Notes: generated by a model not told the origin, from the letters alone. A DNA stretch of 64,000 bases from an uncultured Spirochaetota bacterium (GCA_963745235.1 CAVUXE010000073.1:32001-96000), one strand, 5' to 3'. Shown: positions 47,520 to 58,050, counted from the first letter of the stretch. Made by a program: numbers and translations.

Positions 47520-48011
47520 CTACAGAGCCGGCGTGGGAAGAGCTTTGACCACCCTTTGGGAGATCAGCTTGCCCAGCTCGACCCCCAGCTCCGCGCGGCC
47601 GAGGACCTTCTCCTTGCCCGCGTTTGTCCCGGAGACCTTGTCGGAAAGGGATGTCTCTCCGGTCGACGTGTTGACAAGGGAAAACGTTGCGGAGCACGCC
47701 ACGCGAACTGCATCCTCGGCGATCTTTGTCTGCGTGTAGGCCACGGTGATCTGAAGGAGCCAGCCGGCCTGGCCTTCACGCGCCACTGCTTCCAGGTCCG
47801 CGGTCCGGGCGTCAGCGCGGATGGCACCGGCGTCGAATACGACGTGCCCGGCCTCGAAGAGACCACCGGACACGCCTTCAACCGTGGCAAGCGGGGGAGG
47901 GCTCTGCGCACCGTCGATCGTTTCCCTCGCCGCAATCATGACCGTCTCCGCGCCAAGCGTCGCGGCGATGAAGAGCAGGGCGATGAGCACGACTACGTTT
48001 CTCAACGACAT
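47520..48011 (-). CDS. Hypothetical exported protein
   Basis: MSLRNVVVLIALLFIAATLGA signal peptide with SD AGGAG. Confidence 0.65.
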   Translation of the reverse strand: MSLRNVVVLIALLFIAATLGAETVMIAARETIDGAQSPPPLATVEGVSGGLFEAGHVVFDAGAIRADARTADLEAVAREGQAGWLLQITVAYTQTKIAEDAVRVACSATFSLVNTSTGETSLSDKVSGTNAGKEKVLGRAELGVELGKLISQRVVKALPTPAL

Positions 48012-48060
48012 GACAGCTCCTGTTGGACAATGATGTCCCCCCTTATTATCGGCCGCCGGG

Positions 48061-48117
48061 GACTTGATTGAGAGAGGCGGACTTGATTGAGAGAGGCGGA
48101 CTTGATTGAGAGAGGCG
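48061..48117. repeat. Perfect tandem repeat, 3 x 19 bp (GACTTGATTGAGAGAGGCG), containing the -35 box of the NusG-paralogue promoter
   Basis: Copies at 48061-48079, 48080-48098 and 48099-48117. Confidence 0.95.
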
Positions 48118-48130
48118 GGAATGGTAGGTT
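48102..48130 (+). promoter_or_regulatory. Promoter TTGATT-N17-(TG)TAGGTT, leaderless with respect to ATG 48138
   Basis: TTGATT at 48102-48107, extended -10 TGgTAGGTT at 48122-48130, ATG 7 nt downstream, no SD. Confidence 0.55.
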
Positions 48131-48137
48131 CGGCCGG

Positions 48138-48683
48138 ATGCCGTTCTTTGCCGTGCAGATCTGGACAGGGGATGAAGGCCGCTTTCTCTCCATCGCCACG
48201 AAGCGAGTCGAGCGGGACCAGGCGAGGTTCTACTGGCCGCGTCGCAGCCTGCGGATCAAGCGCGGCGGGAGCTGGAAAGAATCCCTGGCCCCGATATTCC
48301 CCGGCTACATGTTCATCCAGGCCGAGTCCGTTGGCCCCGAGCTCTACGGAACGCTGAAAGAGGCTCCCGGCTTCATGCGTTTCCTTCTCTCCAACGACAA
48401 CATCGTGCCCCTCGAGCGCGCGGACCAGGAGCTGCTCGGCCATTTCCTTGCATTCGGGGAGATCCTGGACAAGTCAGTGGTGTATTTCGACGAGAACAGG
48501 CGCATCCGCGTCGTTTCCGGCCCGCTGAAGGGACTGGAGGGCAAGGTGGTGCGGGTGGACCGCAGGAAGGGAAGAGCCAAGGTGCGTCTCGAAATGTACG
48601 AGGATTCATTCGAGATCGATTTCGGCTTCGAGTCCCTGGAGGCGGCGCCTCAGGTCCCGGAGGAACCGTCAGGGCACGCCTGA
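48138..48683 (+). CDS. loaP: NusG paralogue, processive antiterminator (LoaP/UpxY type)
   Basis: NGN domain FFAVQIWTGDE...PIFPGYMFI and KOW domain IRVVSGPLKGLEG..VRVDRRKGRAKV...IDFGFE; upstream of sugar-nucleotide genes. Confidence 0.8.
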   Translation: MPFFAVQIWTGDEGRFLSIATKRVERDQARFYWPRRSLRIKRGGSWKESLAPIFPGYMFIQAESVGPELYGTLKEAPGFMRFLLSNDNIVPLERADQELLGHFLAFGEILDKSVVYFDENRRIRVVSGPLKGLEGKVVRVDRRKGRAKVRLEMYEDSFEIDFGFESLEAAPQVPEEPSGHA

Positions 48684-48705
48684 ATCCTTCCGATGATGTA
48701 GACAA

Positions 48706-50184
48706 ATGGCGGACGAATCCCGCAAGAGCATCTACATCATCGGAGCAGGGTTCACGGGCACCACCCTTGCCGCGGAGATCCGCGCAAAGAGGATCTTCGG
48801 CCACGTGGTGGCTTTCCTCGACGATGACCCAGCCAGGATCGGAAAGCGCATTGATGACGTTCCCGTCCTCGGTCCCATCGAGGCTGTCGGCCGCATCCTG
48901 AAGACAACCCCGGCGGACGAGGCCATCATCGCCATCCCCAGCGCCACGCGGGATCAGCTGGGCCGGATCTACGCCATCCTTCGTCGGGCCAAGTTCGCCC
49001 GCATCCGCATCGTGCCGCAGGTTTCCCAGATCCTCGACGGGGAGGCCCATCTCATCCAGGCGCGGGAAATCGATCCCGAGGATTTCCTGGCGCGCAGCCC
49101 CGTGCGGGTGAACCTGAAAAAGAGCCTGGCCTACATCCAGGGCAGGAGGGTCCTGGTCACAGGGGCAGGCGGGAGCATCGGCTCGGAGATCTGCCGCCAG
49201 CTCCTGGAAGGCCGGGCGGAGAGGCTCTACCTCTTCGGTCACGGGGAAAACAGCATCTACGAGATCGAACGGGAGCTGAGGCTCCTGCAGGACGAAGGAG
49301 TCGGGGAGAAGGCGACCATCGTCCCGATCATCGGGGAGATCCAGGACAGGGACTACATGCATTTCATCGTCTCGCGCACCCGGGCGGACGTCGTGTTCCA
49401 CACCGCCGCGCACAAGCATGTCCCGCTCATGGAGGCCAACCCGGTGGAGGCGGTGAAGAACAACGTGTTCGGCACGCGGAACATCGTCGATGCCGCGAAG
49501 AAGGCCGGCGTGGAGCGCTTTGTCCTGATCTCCACCGACAAGGCGGTTGAGCCGAGCAGCGTGTACGGGGCATCGAAGCTCCTCGCGGAAGAGATCGTCC
49601 TGAGGGAGGGGAAGAGCGGCCGCAACTTCCTTGTCGTGCGCTTTGGCAACGTGCTGGGGTCCCGCGGGAGCATCCTTCCCCTTTTTCGAAGGCAGATCCT
49701 GAAGGGAGGTCCGGTCACCGTCACGCATCCGGAGACACGGCGATACTTCATGACCATTCCCGAAGCCTCGTCCCTCGTTTTGAAAGCGGGAGGCGTGGGG
49801 ACGGGAGGAGAAGTCTACCTCCTGGACATGGGTGAAAGTGTCTCCATCCGGGAGCTTGCCGAGCAGATGATCCGCTTCTACGGATACGAACCGGATGCTG
49901 ACGTGAAGATCGTCTATACGGGTATGCGAAAAGGTGAAAAGCTGCTGGAGAAGCTCCACGCGGAAACAGAGGTGACCGAGCCCACGGGTCACCCGAAGAT
50001 CATGAAGCTGCAGAGAAAGACGCTGATCAACGGACGGATCACTGCCGTCCTGGACAGGCTTCGGCCGGTCTGCTTCCATGATCCGCAGGCGCCGTCAGCA
50101 TTCAGGAACAGGCGCTGCCTGCGGGCCATCCTGCAGGAAGTCATCCCTGGCATCGACCTGCCGCCTGAAGAGCCCGAGTTTTGA
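48706..50184 (+). CDS. UDP-GlcNAc 4,6-dehydratase (PglF/CapD family) without the N-terminal TM region
   Basis: IIGAG..G, FLDDD, VTGAGGSIGSE, FHTAAHKHVP, ISTDKAV, YGASK and VRFGNVLGSRGS motifs. Confidence 0.9.
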   Translation: MADESRKSIYIIGAGFTGTTLAAEIRAKRIFGHVVAFLDDDPARIGKRIDDVPVLGPIEAVGRILKTTPADEAIIAIPSATRDQLGRIYAILRRAKFARIRIVPQVSQILDGEAHLIQAREIDPEDFLARSPVRVNLKKSLAYIQGRRVLVTGAGGSIGSEICRQLLEGRAERLYLFGHGENSIYEIERELRLLQDEGVGEKATIVPIIGEIQDRDYMHFIVSRTRADVVFHTAAHKHVPLMEANPVEAVKNNVFGTRNIVDAAKKAGVERFVLISTDKAVEPSSVYGASKLLAEEIVLREGKSGRNFLVVRFGNVLGSRGSILPLFRRQILKGGPVTVTHPETRRYFMTIPEASSLVLKAGGVGTGGEVYLLDMGESVSIRELAEQMIRFYGYEPDADVKIVYTGMRKGEKLLEKLHAETEVTEPTGHPKIMKLQRKTLINGRITAVLDRLRPVCFHDPQAPSAFRNRRCLRAILQEVIPGIDLPPEEPEF

Positions 50185-51353
50185 GCTCCTTTGTCCCCTT
50201 CTTTCGACCTTCCCTCGGTTCCGAAGAGGAACAGGGTGTCATTGCGGTCCTGCGTTCCGGCTGGCTGACAACCGGGGAAGTGACCGCAAACTTCGAGCGC
50301 GAGTTCGCATCGTACACGGGTGTCCGGCATGCCCTTGCCGTGAGCTCGGCCACGGCGGGGCTGCACCTCGCTCTCGAAGCCCTCGGTGTTGGACCGGGAG
50401 ACGCCGTCATAACGACGCCCTACACATTCGCTGCAACCGCCGAGGTCGTTCGCTACCTGGGAGCCGAGCCGGTCTTCGCGGATATCCTCCCTGCCTCCAT
50501 GAACATCGATCCAGATGCGGTCGAAGCTGCTCTCAAGAAGTGCAGGGCGGAGAATCGGAAAGTCTCCGGGATCCTGCCGGTGCACGTCGCGGGGCTCCCG
50601 TGCGACATGAGCGCGCTGGCAGAGATTGCAGGTCGCTTCGACGTGCCCGTCGTGGAGGATGCGGCGCACGCTTTTCCCGTTCGAATCGGCGCTGATTTCG
50701 CGGGGTCGCTGGGCGATGCCGGTGTGTACTCGTTCTACGCGACGAAGACCATGACCACGGGCGAAGGCGGCATGCTGGTCACCGACAGGGACGACGTGGC
50801 TGCCCGCGCGCGAGTCATGCGCCTCCACGGCATTGACCGCGACGTGTGGGACAGGTACACGTCGCGGAGCGCCTCGTGGCGCTACGACGTCGTGGCCCCG
50901 GGCTTCAAGTACAACCTGACTGACATTGCCGCCGCAATCGGCCGGGCCCAGCTTGCGAAGGCAGGGGACTTCCTCGCGGACCGAACGCGAATTGCAGAGC
51001 GGTACCTCGACGCCCTTTCCGGACTGGACTTCCTGGAGCTGCCCACTCCCGCGGCGAACCACGCGTGGCATCTTTTCATCATCCATATAGTGCCACGGAG
51101 GCTGACGACGGACAGGGACGGCTTTGCGGAGGAGCTCACGCGCAGGGGGATCGGCATTTCCGTCCATTTCATCCCCCTGCACCTCATGAGCTACTATCGC
51201 CAGAGATATGGACTGCAGCCCGACAGCTTCCCCCGCGCCCTCGAGAGTTTTCGCACCTGCATCAGCCTCCCGCTTTCACCCTCTCTCTCGGATGACGAGG
51301 TGGAGAGGGTGATTGCTGCCGTCAAAGAGACGGGACTGGCTCATCGAGCCTGA
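50181..51353 (+). CDS. DegT/DnrJ/EryC1/StrS sugar aminotransferase
   Basis: SGWLTTG, SSATAGLHL, EDAAHA, PLP-Lys SFYATKTMTTGEGG and GFKYN motifs. Confidence 0.92.
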   Translation: MSSFVPFFRPSLGSEEEQGVIAVLRSGWLTTGEVTANFEREFASYTGVRHALAVSSATAGLHLALEALGVGPGDAVITTPYTFAATAEVVRYLGAEPVFADILPASMNIDPDAVEAALKKCRAENRKVSGILPVHVAGLPCDMSALAEIAGRFDVPVVEDAAHAFPVRIGADFAGSLGDAGVYSFYATKTMTTGEGGMLVTDRDDVAARARVMRLHGIDRDVWDRYTSRSASWRYDVVAPGFKYNLTDIAAAIGRAQLAKAGDFLADRTRIAERYLDALSGLDFLELPTPAANHAWHLFIIHIVPRRLTTDRDGFAEELTRRGIGISVHFIPLHLMSYYRQRYGLQPDSFPRALESFRTCISLPLSPSLSDDEVERVIAAVKETGLAHRA

Positions 51354-51368
51354 GCCGACAATCCGATC

Positions 51369-52463
51369 TCACCCGGCCAGCGCCTTGCTTTCCTTCTCGA
51401 TGGCATCCAGCGCCGCCTTGTCGTCGATCACCTCGAAGTCGATCGTCATGGACCATTCCGCCTGGCCCTCAATGGTCGGGAGAATCCCTTTCTCCCGCAG
51501 GACTCCCCGGCCCAGGGGGATGGAATTACCGGGCTCGAGACCCAGGACGTAAAAGCCTTTGCGAACCATCTTCCACTCGGTGAGGTGCGGCAGCTCTTTT
51601 GCGTTCCAGCGCAGGACCATGCCCAGCGGCTCTCCGTCCCCCGGGTCACGGTTCAGCAGAGCGACAAAGGTCCGGCCGCTGGCGTCGGTTGCCATGGTGT
51701 GGAAGAAGACCTTCTCCTGGTAGCCCTGCACGGGCTCGGGGAATGTCAGGCACTCTTCCACGCCCTTGTCCTTGCGCGCCTCGTCGTCCCGGGGCTCCGT
51801 CTTTCTGATGGGTCCCACCACCCGCGCCTTCGGTCCCAGCAGAGGGAAGCCGAAGTTGACGTGGTAGAGCATGATGAGAGGCTGGGGCTCGAACCCGTGG
51901 TTTACCACGGTGTCCTGCAGGCGGAACGATCGGGCCCCCAGGCGGGTCTCGATCCTTCGCGTCAGGGAAAGATTCTCGACCATTGCCTCCGCTTCCCTCA
52001 TGGTGCCTTTGAGCCGGATGAGAAACTCATCACCCTCCCATCCCTGATCCACGCAGAGGTTCTCCGCCGCCGCGTTTGCGACCCTCCCGTGCAGCCCGAA
52101 GCTCTTCCCCTGGTCGACACTCGGCGCTCCTGAGTTTGCAATCCCGCATGTCGTCAGCAGGCCCACGGAGAAGCTCCTCCGCCATTCGAGGCCGCGCTCC
52201 GAATAGTAGGCGGGCGCTGTGATGCCGGTGCCGGAGAAGAATCCCAGCGATTTCCCCTTGTAGGAGGCGAACGGAATGTCCATGCCGCGCCCGGGGAGCA
52301 CCGTGAAGGCGAGGCCCGTCCCCGTGGCAACTTCCACGGCGCGAACGCCATCCGCCTTTCCGTCGGTCAGCACCGAGCTCCGCGCCCCTGCTATCTGCAG
52401 CGGGTCACCGATCAGGGAAACCAGCTCCTGTCGCTTCCAAGCCCTTCCTGCATACCACGCCAT
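51369..52463 (-). CDS. Aldose 1-epimerase-like protein (DUF4432)
   Basis: GLAFTVLPGRGMDI, GLLTTCG, GLHGRV, MLYHVNFGFPL and YVLGLEP motifs. Confidence 0.82.
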   Translation of the reverse strand: MAWYAGRAWKRQELVSLIGDPLQIAGARSSVLTDGKADGVRAVEVATGTGLAFTVLPGRGMDIPFASYKGKSLGFFSGTGITAPAYYSERGLEWRRSFSVGLLTTCGIANSGAPSVDQGKSFGLHGRVANAAAENLCVDQGWEGDEFLIRLKGTMREAEAMVENLSLTRRIETRLGARSFRLQDTVVNHGFEPQPLIMLYHVNFGFPLLGPKARVVGPIRKTEPRDDEARKDKGVEECLTFPEPVQGYQEKVFFHTMATDASGRTFVALLNRDPGDGEPLGMVLRWNAKELPHLTEWKMVRKGFYVLGLEPGNSIPLGRGVLREKGILPTIEGQAEWSMTIDFEVIDDKAALDAIEKESKALAG

Positions 52464-52551
52464 TGCGCACCTCCCCGCGAAGAATATCACAATCCCATTT
52501 ACATAGCCCCCCCGCAGCGATTATCATGAATGCCCTGGAGGGGACCATCCG

Positions 52552-55500
52552 GTGACGCCTTTCGTCCACCTGCATTGCCATTCCGACTTCTCGCTGCTCG
52601 ACGGGGCATCGTCAATCGATGCCCTTGTTGCCAGGGCGAAAGAGCTCGGCATGACGCACCTGGCGCTGACCGACCACGGCAACATGTTCGGCGCGCTCGC
52701 CTTCTTCAAGGAGTGCCGCAAGGAAGGGATCATCCCCATCGTCGGGTCGGAGTTCTACAAGGCGCCCGGCTCGCGGCTGGAGAAGGCGGGAAGCGAAAAG
52801 GGGACGCGTCACCATCACCTCGTCCTCCTGGCGCGCAACGCCGCCGGATATGCAAACCTGCTGCAGCTGTCTTCCCAGGGGTACACGGAGGGCTTCTATT
52901 ACAAGCCTCGCATCGATGACGAGCTGCTGGAGAAGCATCACGAAGGGCTGATCGCGCTGAGCGCGTGTCTTGCGGGGGACATCCCGGCGGCAATCCTGGA
53001 CGGCAGGCAGGGTGAGGCGCGCAAGCGCGCCGGGTACTACCGCGAGCTCTTCGGGCCGGACGGGTTCTATCTAGAGGTGCAGGACCACGGTATTCCCGAG
53101 CAGCGGACGGTCAACCGTGAGATCCTCCGGATATCCCGTGAGACGGGGATTCCGCTGGCGGCCACGAATGACATCCATTACACGCATCGGGATGACGCGC
53201 GCGCGCATGATGTGCTGATCTGCATCGGGACGGGCAAGAAGGTCTCCGAGGGAAAACGCATGAAGTTCGAGCACCCGGAGTTCTACTTCAAGTCCGGCGA
53301 TGAGATGGCGCAGGTCTTCGCCGAGCTTCCCGAGGCGGTCGCCAATACGGTGCGGATCGCCGAAGCATGCCGGCTGGACATCCAGCCGCAGCGTCCCCAG
53401 TTCCCTGTCTACGATGTGCCGGCCGGCCAGACCCCCGAGGGGTTCCTGGCTGACCTCGCCCGCGCGGGCCTTGCGGAACGGTTCTCCCCCGTGCCTCCGG
53501 AGGCGGCAAAGCGGCTCGAGTACGAGCTTTCCATCATCACATCGATGGGGTTCACCGGTTACTTCCTCATTGTCTGGGACTTCATCCACTACGCAAAGTC
53601 CAACGGAATTGCCGTCGGCCCGGGGCGCGGCTCGGGGGCGGGGTCCCTCGTTGCCTACAGCCTTCGGATCACGGATATCGATCCCCTGAAATACGGCCTC
53701 CTGTTCGAGCGTTTCCTCAATCCCGAGCGCGTATCCATGCCGGACTTCGACATCGATTTCTGTCATAGACGGCGCGACGAAGTCATTTCCTACGTGACGA
53801 AGAAATACGGTGAGGACAAGGTCGGGCAGGTCATCACCTTCGGGACCCTGAAGGCGCGGGCGGTCATCCGGGACGTGGCGCGCGTGCTGGACCTTCCCTA
53901 CGAGGAGGCTGACGCCATTGCGAAGCTGATCCCCGAGGGCCCGAAGATCGACCTGGACCAGGCCCTGAAAGGCAACCCCCAGCTGGAGGCCGTGGCAAAG
54001 AAGGGGGACCAGTACAAGGAGCTCCTCGACATCAGCCTGAAGCTCGAAGGTCTCCACCGCCATGCCTCCACGCACGCGGCGGGGATCGTGATCGGACGCG
54101 AGCAGCTCACCCGCTACGTCCCGCTGTACCGCGACCCCAAGACCGGCCTCGTCTCCACCCAGTACACCATGGACTTCCTGGAGGAATGCGGTCTCATCAA
54201 GATGGACTTTCTCGGGCTGAAGACGCTCACGGTGATCGAGGATGCGCTCAAGCTCGTCAACAGGAAGGGAGTGGCACTCAGACCTCAAGAGCATCCCGGA
54301 GAATGACCCGGCCACCTTCCGGATGTTCTGCGAGGGCAAGAGCACCGGGGCTTTCCAGTTTGAAAGCTCGGGGATGCAGGGGGTCCTCAAGAAAGCGAAG
54401 CCGGGCCGGATCGAGGACCTGATTGCCCTCAACGCACTGTATCGCCCGGGGGCAATGGAGCACATCGACACGTTCGTGGAGAACAAGTCAGGCAGGAAGC
54501 GCATCGAGTACCCGCTGCCGGCCCTGGAGTCGGTCCTGAAAGAAACCTACGGCGTGACGGTCTACCAGGAACAGGTCATGCAGATTGCGCAGGTGGTGGC
54601 GGGGTTCACCCTCGGGCAGGCTGACATACTCCGCCGGGCAATGGGAAAGAAGAAGCCGGAGGAAGCCCTCAAGATGAAGCCGAAGTTCATCTCGGGAGCC
54701 CGGGAAAAAGGATACGACCAGAAGACAGCGGAGCGCATCTTCGAGCTGCTCTTCGCGTTCACGGGGTACGGCTTCAACAAGAGCCACTCGGCGGCGTACG
54801 CAATTCCCGCCTACCAGACCATCTACCTCAAGGCGAACCACCCCGCGGAGTTCCTTGCGGCCAACTGCACCAACGACATGAGCGACACGGACAGGCTGGC
54901 CCAGCTCATCCACGAGGCGCGGGAGATGGGGATCACGGTCCTTCCTCCGGACGTGAACCTTTCCCAGAAGGAGTTCACGGTTGAAGACGGCAGCATTGTG
55001 TTCGGCCTCCTCGGGATCAAGAACGTCGGGGCCGGAGCGGTGGATGCCATCATCGCGGAGAGAGAGGCGGGCGGGAAGTTCGCGAGCTTTGTCGACTTCT
55101 TCGACAGGATCGATTCTCACGAGGTCAACCGGAAGGTGGCCGAAAGCCTCATCATCACGGGAGCATTCGACAGCCTCGGAGAGGCTCGCGCCACGCTCAT
55201 GCACGAGGTGCAGAGGGTGATGGATGGCGCCGCAAAGAACCGGGAAGCGCGCCGCTACGGCCAGGCCTCCCTGTTCGAGGGCGCCTCGGCCCAGGCTGCC
55301 GCGGCCGTGGCGCTCGACACGCAGCCGGAGTGGCCGCCCGCGGAGCTCTTGAAATATGAAAAGGAGAACCTCGGGTTCTTCTTCAGCGGGCATCCCCTGG
55401 ACCCGTATCGTGCCATCATTGAGCGCTCCGCGAGCATGGACCTGTCGAAAAAGGAAGGTCTCTCCAACGAGCGCGCCTGCGCCCTCATCGGGATCCTCCG

Positions 55501-55972
55501 CGACCTGCGCGAGATACGGACCAGGAACGGCCGCACAATGGCGTTCGCGCAGCTGGAGGACTACCGTGGGTCGATTGAACTTATCATTTTTTCCGATATA
55601 TATGATGCCAGACGTTCCCTGCTGGCAAACGACAGGGTGGTCGGCATCCTTGGGAAAATCGATACGACGAGGGGGGACCCGAAAGTGAAGGTTGACGACA
55701 TCGTGGAGCCCGGAGCGCTTCCCCAGCGAGCCGCCCAGGCGGTGCACGTGAGGCTCAGGGACGAGGTGGGCACCGAGGAAAGCCTCCACACCATGCGGGA
55801 GTATCTCCTGGACAGGCGAGGGTCGTGCTTCCTCTACTTTCACCTGAGCGGGAGCAACGGCACCCCCGAGGTCGTCGTCCAGGCATCGTCACAGATCCAG
55901 GTGGCGGACTCCCAGGACGTGCTGGATCACATCCGCGAGTTCCCGCAGGTGGCGGATGTATGGAAAGAGTAA
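52552..55972 (+). CDS. dnaE: DNA polymerase III alpha subunit (+1 indel near 54280)
   Basis: FVHLHCHSDFSLLDG, TDHGNMFG, GPGRGSGAGSL, catalytic SMPDFDIDF, KMDFLGLKTL, then FQFES, YQEQVM, FNKSHS and an OB fold. Confidence 0.96.
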
Positions 55973-57285
55973 GGATCGGCCTCGTCGGGTTCGGAACGGT
56001 CGGCCAGAGCTTCTACAACCTCCTCACCTGCAACGCCAGCGAGTTCGCCCAGAGGCTCGGAGTGGCCGTGGAGGTCCCTTACATCGGCGTTCGGGATGCC
56101 TCGCGGCCGCGGGCGGTGGGCCCTGGCACCCGCCTCGTCAACGGCTGGAAGGAGATCGTCGCCGACCCCTCGCTTCCCATCGTCGTGGAGCTCGCCGGAG
56201 GCATCGACAGCCCGCTGGCCCTCATCCGGGAGGCGCTTTCCCGGGGGAAGCACGTCATCACCGCGAACAAGGCGCTTCTTTCCGCGCACGGCCAGGAGCT
56301 CTTCGAGCTTGCCAGCGCGAACGGCGTCGAGCTGAAGTTCGAGGGGGCGGTCTGCGGCGGGATACCGATCGTAAAAGTGCTGCGGGAAAGCCTCATGGGG
56401 AACAGGGTGAGGAGCATCGTCGGGATCGTCAACGGCACAACGAACTATATCCTCACGCGCATGACCGAGCAGAAGCTTTCCTTCGGCGATGCTCTGGCGC
56501 AGGCGCAGGCGCAGGGCTTCGCGGAGGCCGATCCGACCCTCGACATCGGAGGGAAAGACGCAGCGCAGAAGATCGGGCTCCTCGCGAGCATCGCCTTTGG
56601 GTGCTGGATCGATCCGGAGGACATCCTCTGCGAAGGGATAACGGATGTCACCACGAAGGACATCGCGTTCTGCCTGGAGAGCGGGTTCGTCTTCAAGCTC
56701 GTGGCGCAGGCTCGCCTCCTTGACGGCAAGCCCCTGGTGACCGTGTTCCCCATGCTCGTCCCGCTGGACCATCCCCTTGCATCGGTCCGCAATGAGTTCA
56801 ACGGCGTCCTGGTGGACTCGGACTTCCTGGGCCCGTCGGTCTACGAAGGCAGGGGAGCCGGCGGGAAGCCAACGGCCTCCTCGGTCGCCTCGGACCTCGG
56901 GGACCTGCTGAAGTCCATCCTGTCCCGCCACGTGGCCAGGAAGCGCGCCGCGCTTCCGAAGGCGGATCCTTTCCCTGTTGGACGGATGAGCTCCCGCTAC
57001 TACTTCCATTTTGTCACGGCCAACAGGCCGGGCATCTGGGCCCTCGTGACCGGGATCTGCGCGGACGACGCGATCAATATCGAGAGCGTGCACCAGAAAT
57101 GGGAGGATAAGTCGAAGCCCTCCGACCTGTACGTCCTTGTCGATGAGGCGGAGGAGGCACAGGTGCGTCGCGCTTTCGCGAGGATAGTTGCCTCTGACGG
57201 GATTTTTCCGCAGTCGCACTACTTCCGGGTCCTTGCCGGAGCCGTGACGCCTCCTGATGCGCTCCCCGATGGAGGACCGGCATGA
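55960..57285 (+). CDS. hom: Homoserine dehydrogenase with a C-terminal ACT-like domain
   Basis: IGLVGFGTVG, HVITANK, FEGAVCGGIP, GIVNGTTNYIL, GFAEADPTLD and GRGAGG motifs. Confidence 0.92.
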   Translation: MERVRIGLVGFGTVGQSFYNLLTCNASEFAQRLGVAVEVPYIGVRDASRPRAVGPGTRLVNGWKEIVADPSLPIVVELAGGIDSPLALIREALSRGKHVITANKALLSAHGQELFELASANGVELKFEGAVCGGIPIVKVLRESLMGNRVRSIVGIVNGTTNYILTRMTEQKLSFGDALAQAQAQGFAEADPTLDIGGKDAAQKIGLLASIAFGCWIDPEDILCEGITDVTTKDIAFCLESGFVFKLVAQARLLDGKPLVTVFPMLVPLDHPLASVRNEFNGVLVDSDFLGPSVYEGRGAGGKPTASSVASDLGDLLKSILSRHVARKRAALPKADPFPVGRMSSRYYFHFVTANRPGIWALVTGICADDAINIESVHQKWEDKSKPSDLYVLVDEAEEAQVRRAFARIVASDGIFPQSHYFRVLAGAVTPPDALPDGGPA

Positions 57286-57947
57286 TAGACCTGCACACGC
57301 ACACGTTCCTCAGCGATGGCGAGCTTGGGCCCGCGGAGCTGGTGCGCCGGGCGGAGAACGCCGGCTATCGCGCAATCGGGATCTCCGATCACGCCGACGC
57401 ATCCAACCTGGACGACATCATCTCCGCGCTGGTGCGCTTTGCGCGGGAGACGCAGCCCTTCATGAAGATCCGCATCATTCCGGGCGTCGAGCTCACCCAT
57501 GTGCCGCCCGGCCAGATCAACGGGCTGGTCAAACGCGCGCGCCAACTGGGTGCCCGGCTGGTCATCCTTCACGGGGAGACCATCTGCGAGCCGGTGGCGC
57601 TGGGGACCAACAGGGCCGGGATCGAAGCGGGTGTGGACGTGCTTGCGCACCCGGGGCTCATTTCTGAGGAAGAAGTCCGCATGGCGGCGAGCGCCGGAGT
57701 GCACCTGGAGGTCACGGCGCGGCTGTCCCACGGGATGGGCAACGGCCGGGTGGTGAGCCTTGCCCGGGAGGCCGGGGCGCCGCTCGTGCTGGATTCGGAC
57801 GCCCATGCGCCCGGTGACCTGCTGAGCCCCGACTGGCGGGAACGGGTGGCCTTCGGCTCCGGTCTCACCGCTGATGAGCTGGACAGGATCAACAAGACCA
57901 TGATCTCCCTGGTGGAGAAGCTGGTCCCTTCGACGTTCTTTACTTGA
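57282..57947 (+). CDS. PHP-domain protein (histidinol-phosphate phosphatase domain-containing)
   Basis: IDLHTHT, ISDHAD, GVELTHVP, HGET..EPV, LAHPG and DSDAH motifs. Confidence 0.85.
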   Translation: MIDLHTHTFLSDGELGPAELVRRAENAGYRAIGISDHADASNLDDIISALVRFARETQPFMKIRIIPGVELTHVPPGQINGLVKRARQLGARLVILHGETICEPVALGTNRAGIEAGVDVLAHPGLISEEEVRMAASAGVHLEVTARLSHGMGNGRVVSLAREAGAPLVLDSDAHAPGDLLSPDWRERVAFGSGLTADELDRINKTMISLVEKLVPSTFFT

Positions 57948-57949
57948 AA

Positions 57950-58050
57950 AACGGGAGTACCCGTTCGGGGAGTCGGCCGTGCGGGAGGTTCCGTGAGTAC
58001 GCCGTGCGGGAGTACCCGTTCGGCGAGTACGCCGTGCTCGGATGCACGGC
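57950..58050 (+). repeat. Array of short hairpins with G-AGTA-C loops, including a 30-nt imperfect direct repeat
   Basis: aacggg-AGTA-cccgtt, gtg-AGTA-cgc, gcggg-AGTA-cccgt and cggcg-AGTA-cgccg; 57953-57982 resembles 58008-58037. Confidence 0.8.

Noticed and set aside
54240-54310. Split dnaE (split intein or two-gene DnaE)
   Set aside because: No intein motifs at the break; deleting one A near 54280 restores a continuous frame (GVAL-DLKSIPEND).
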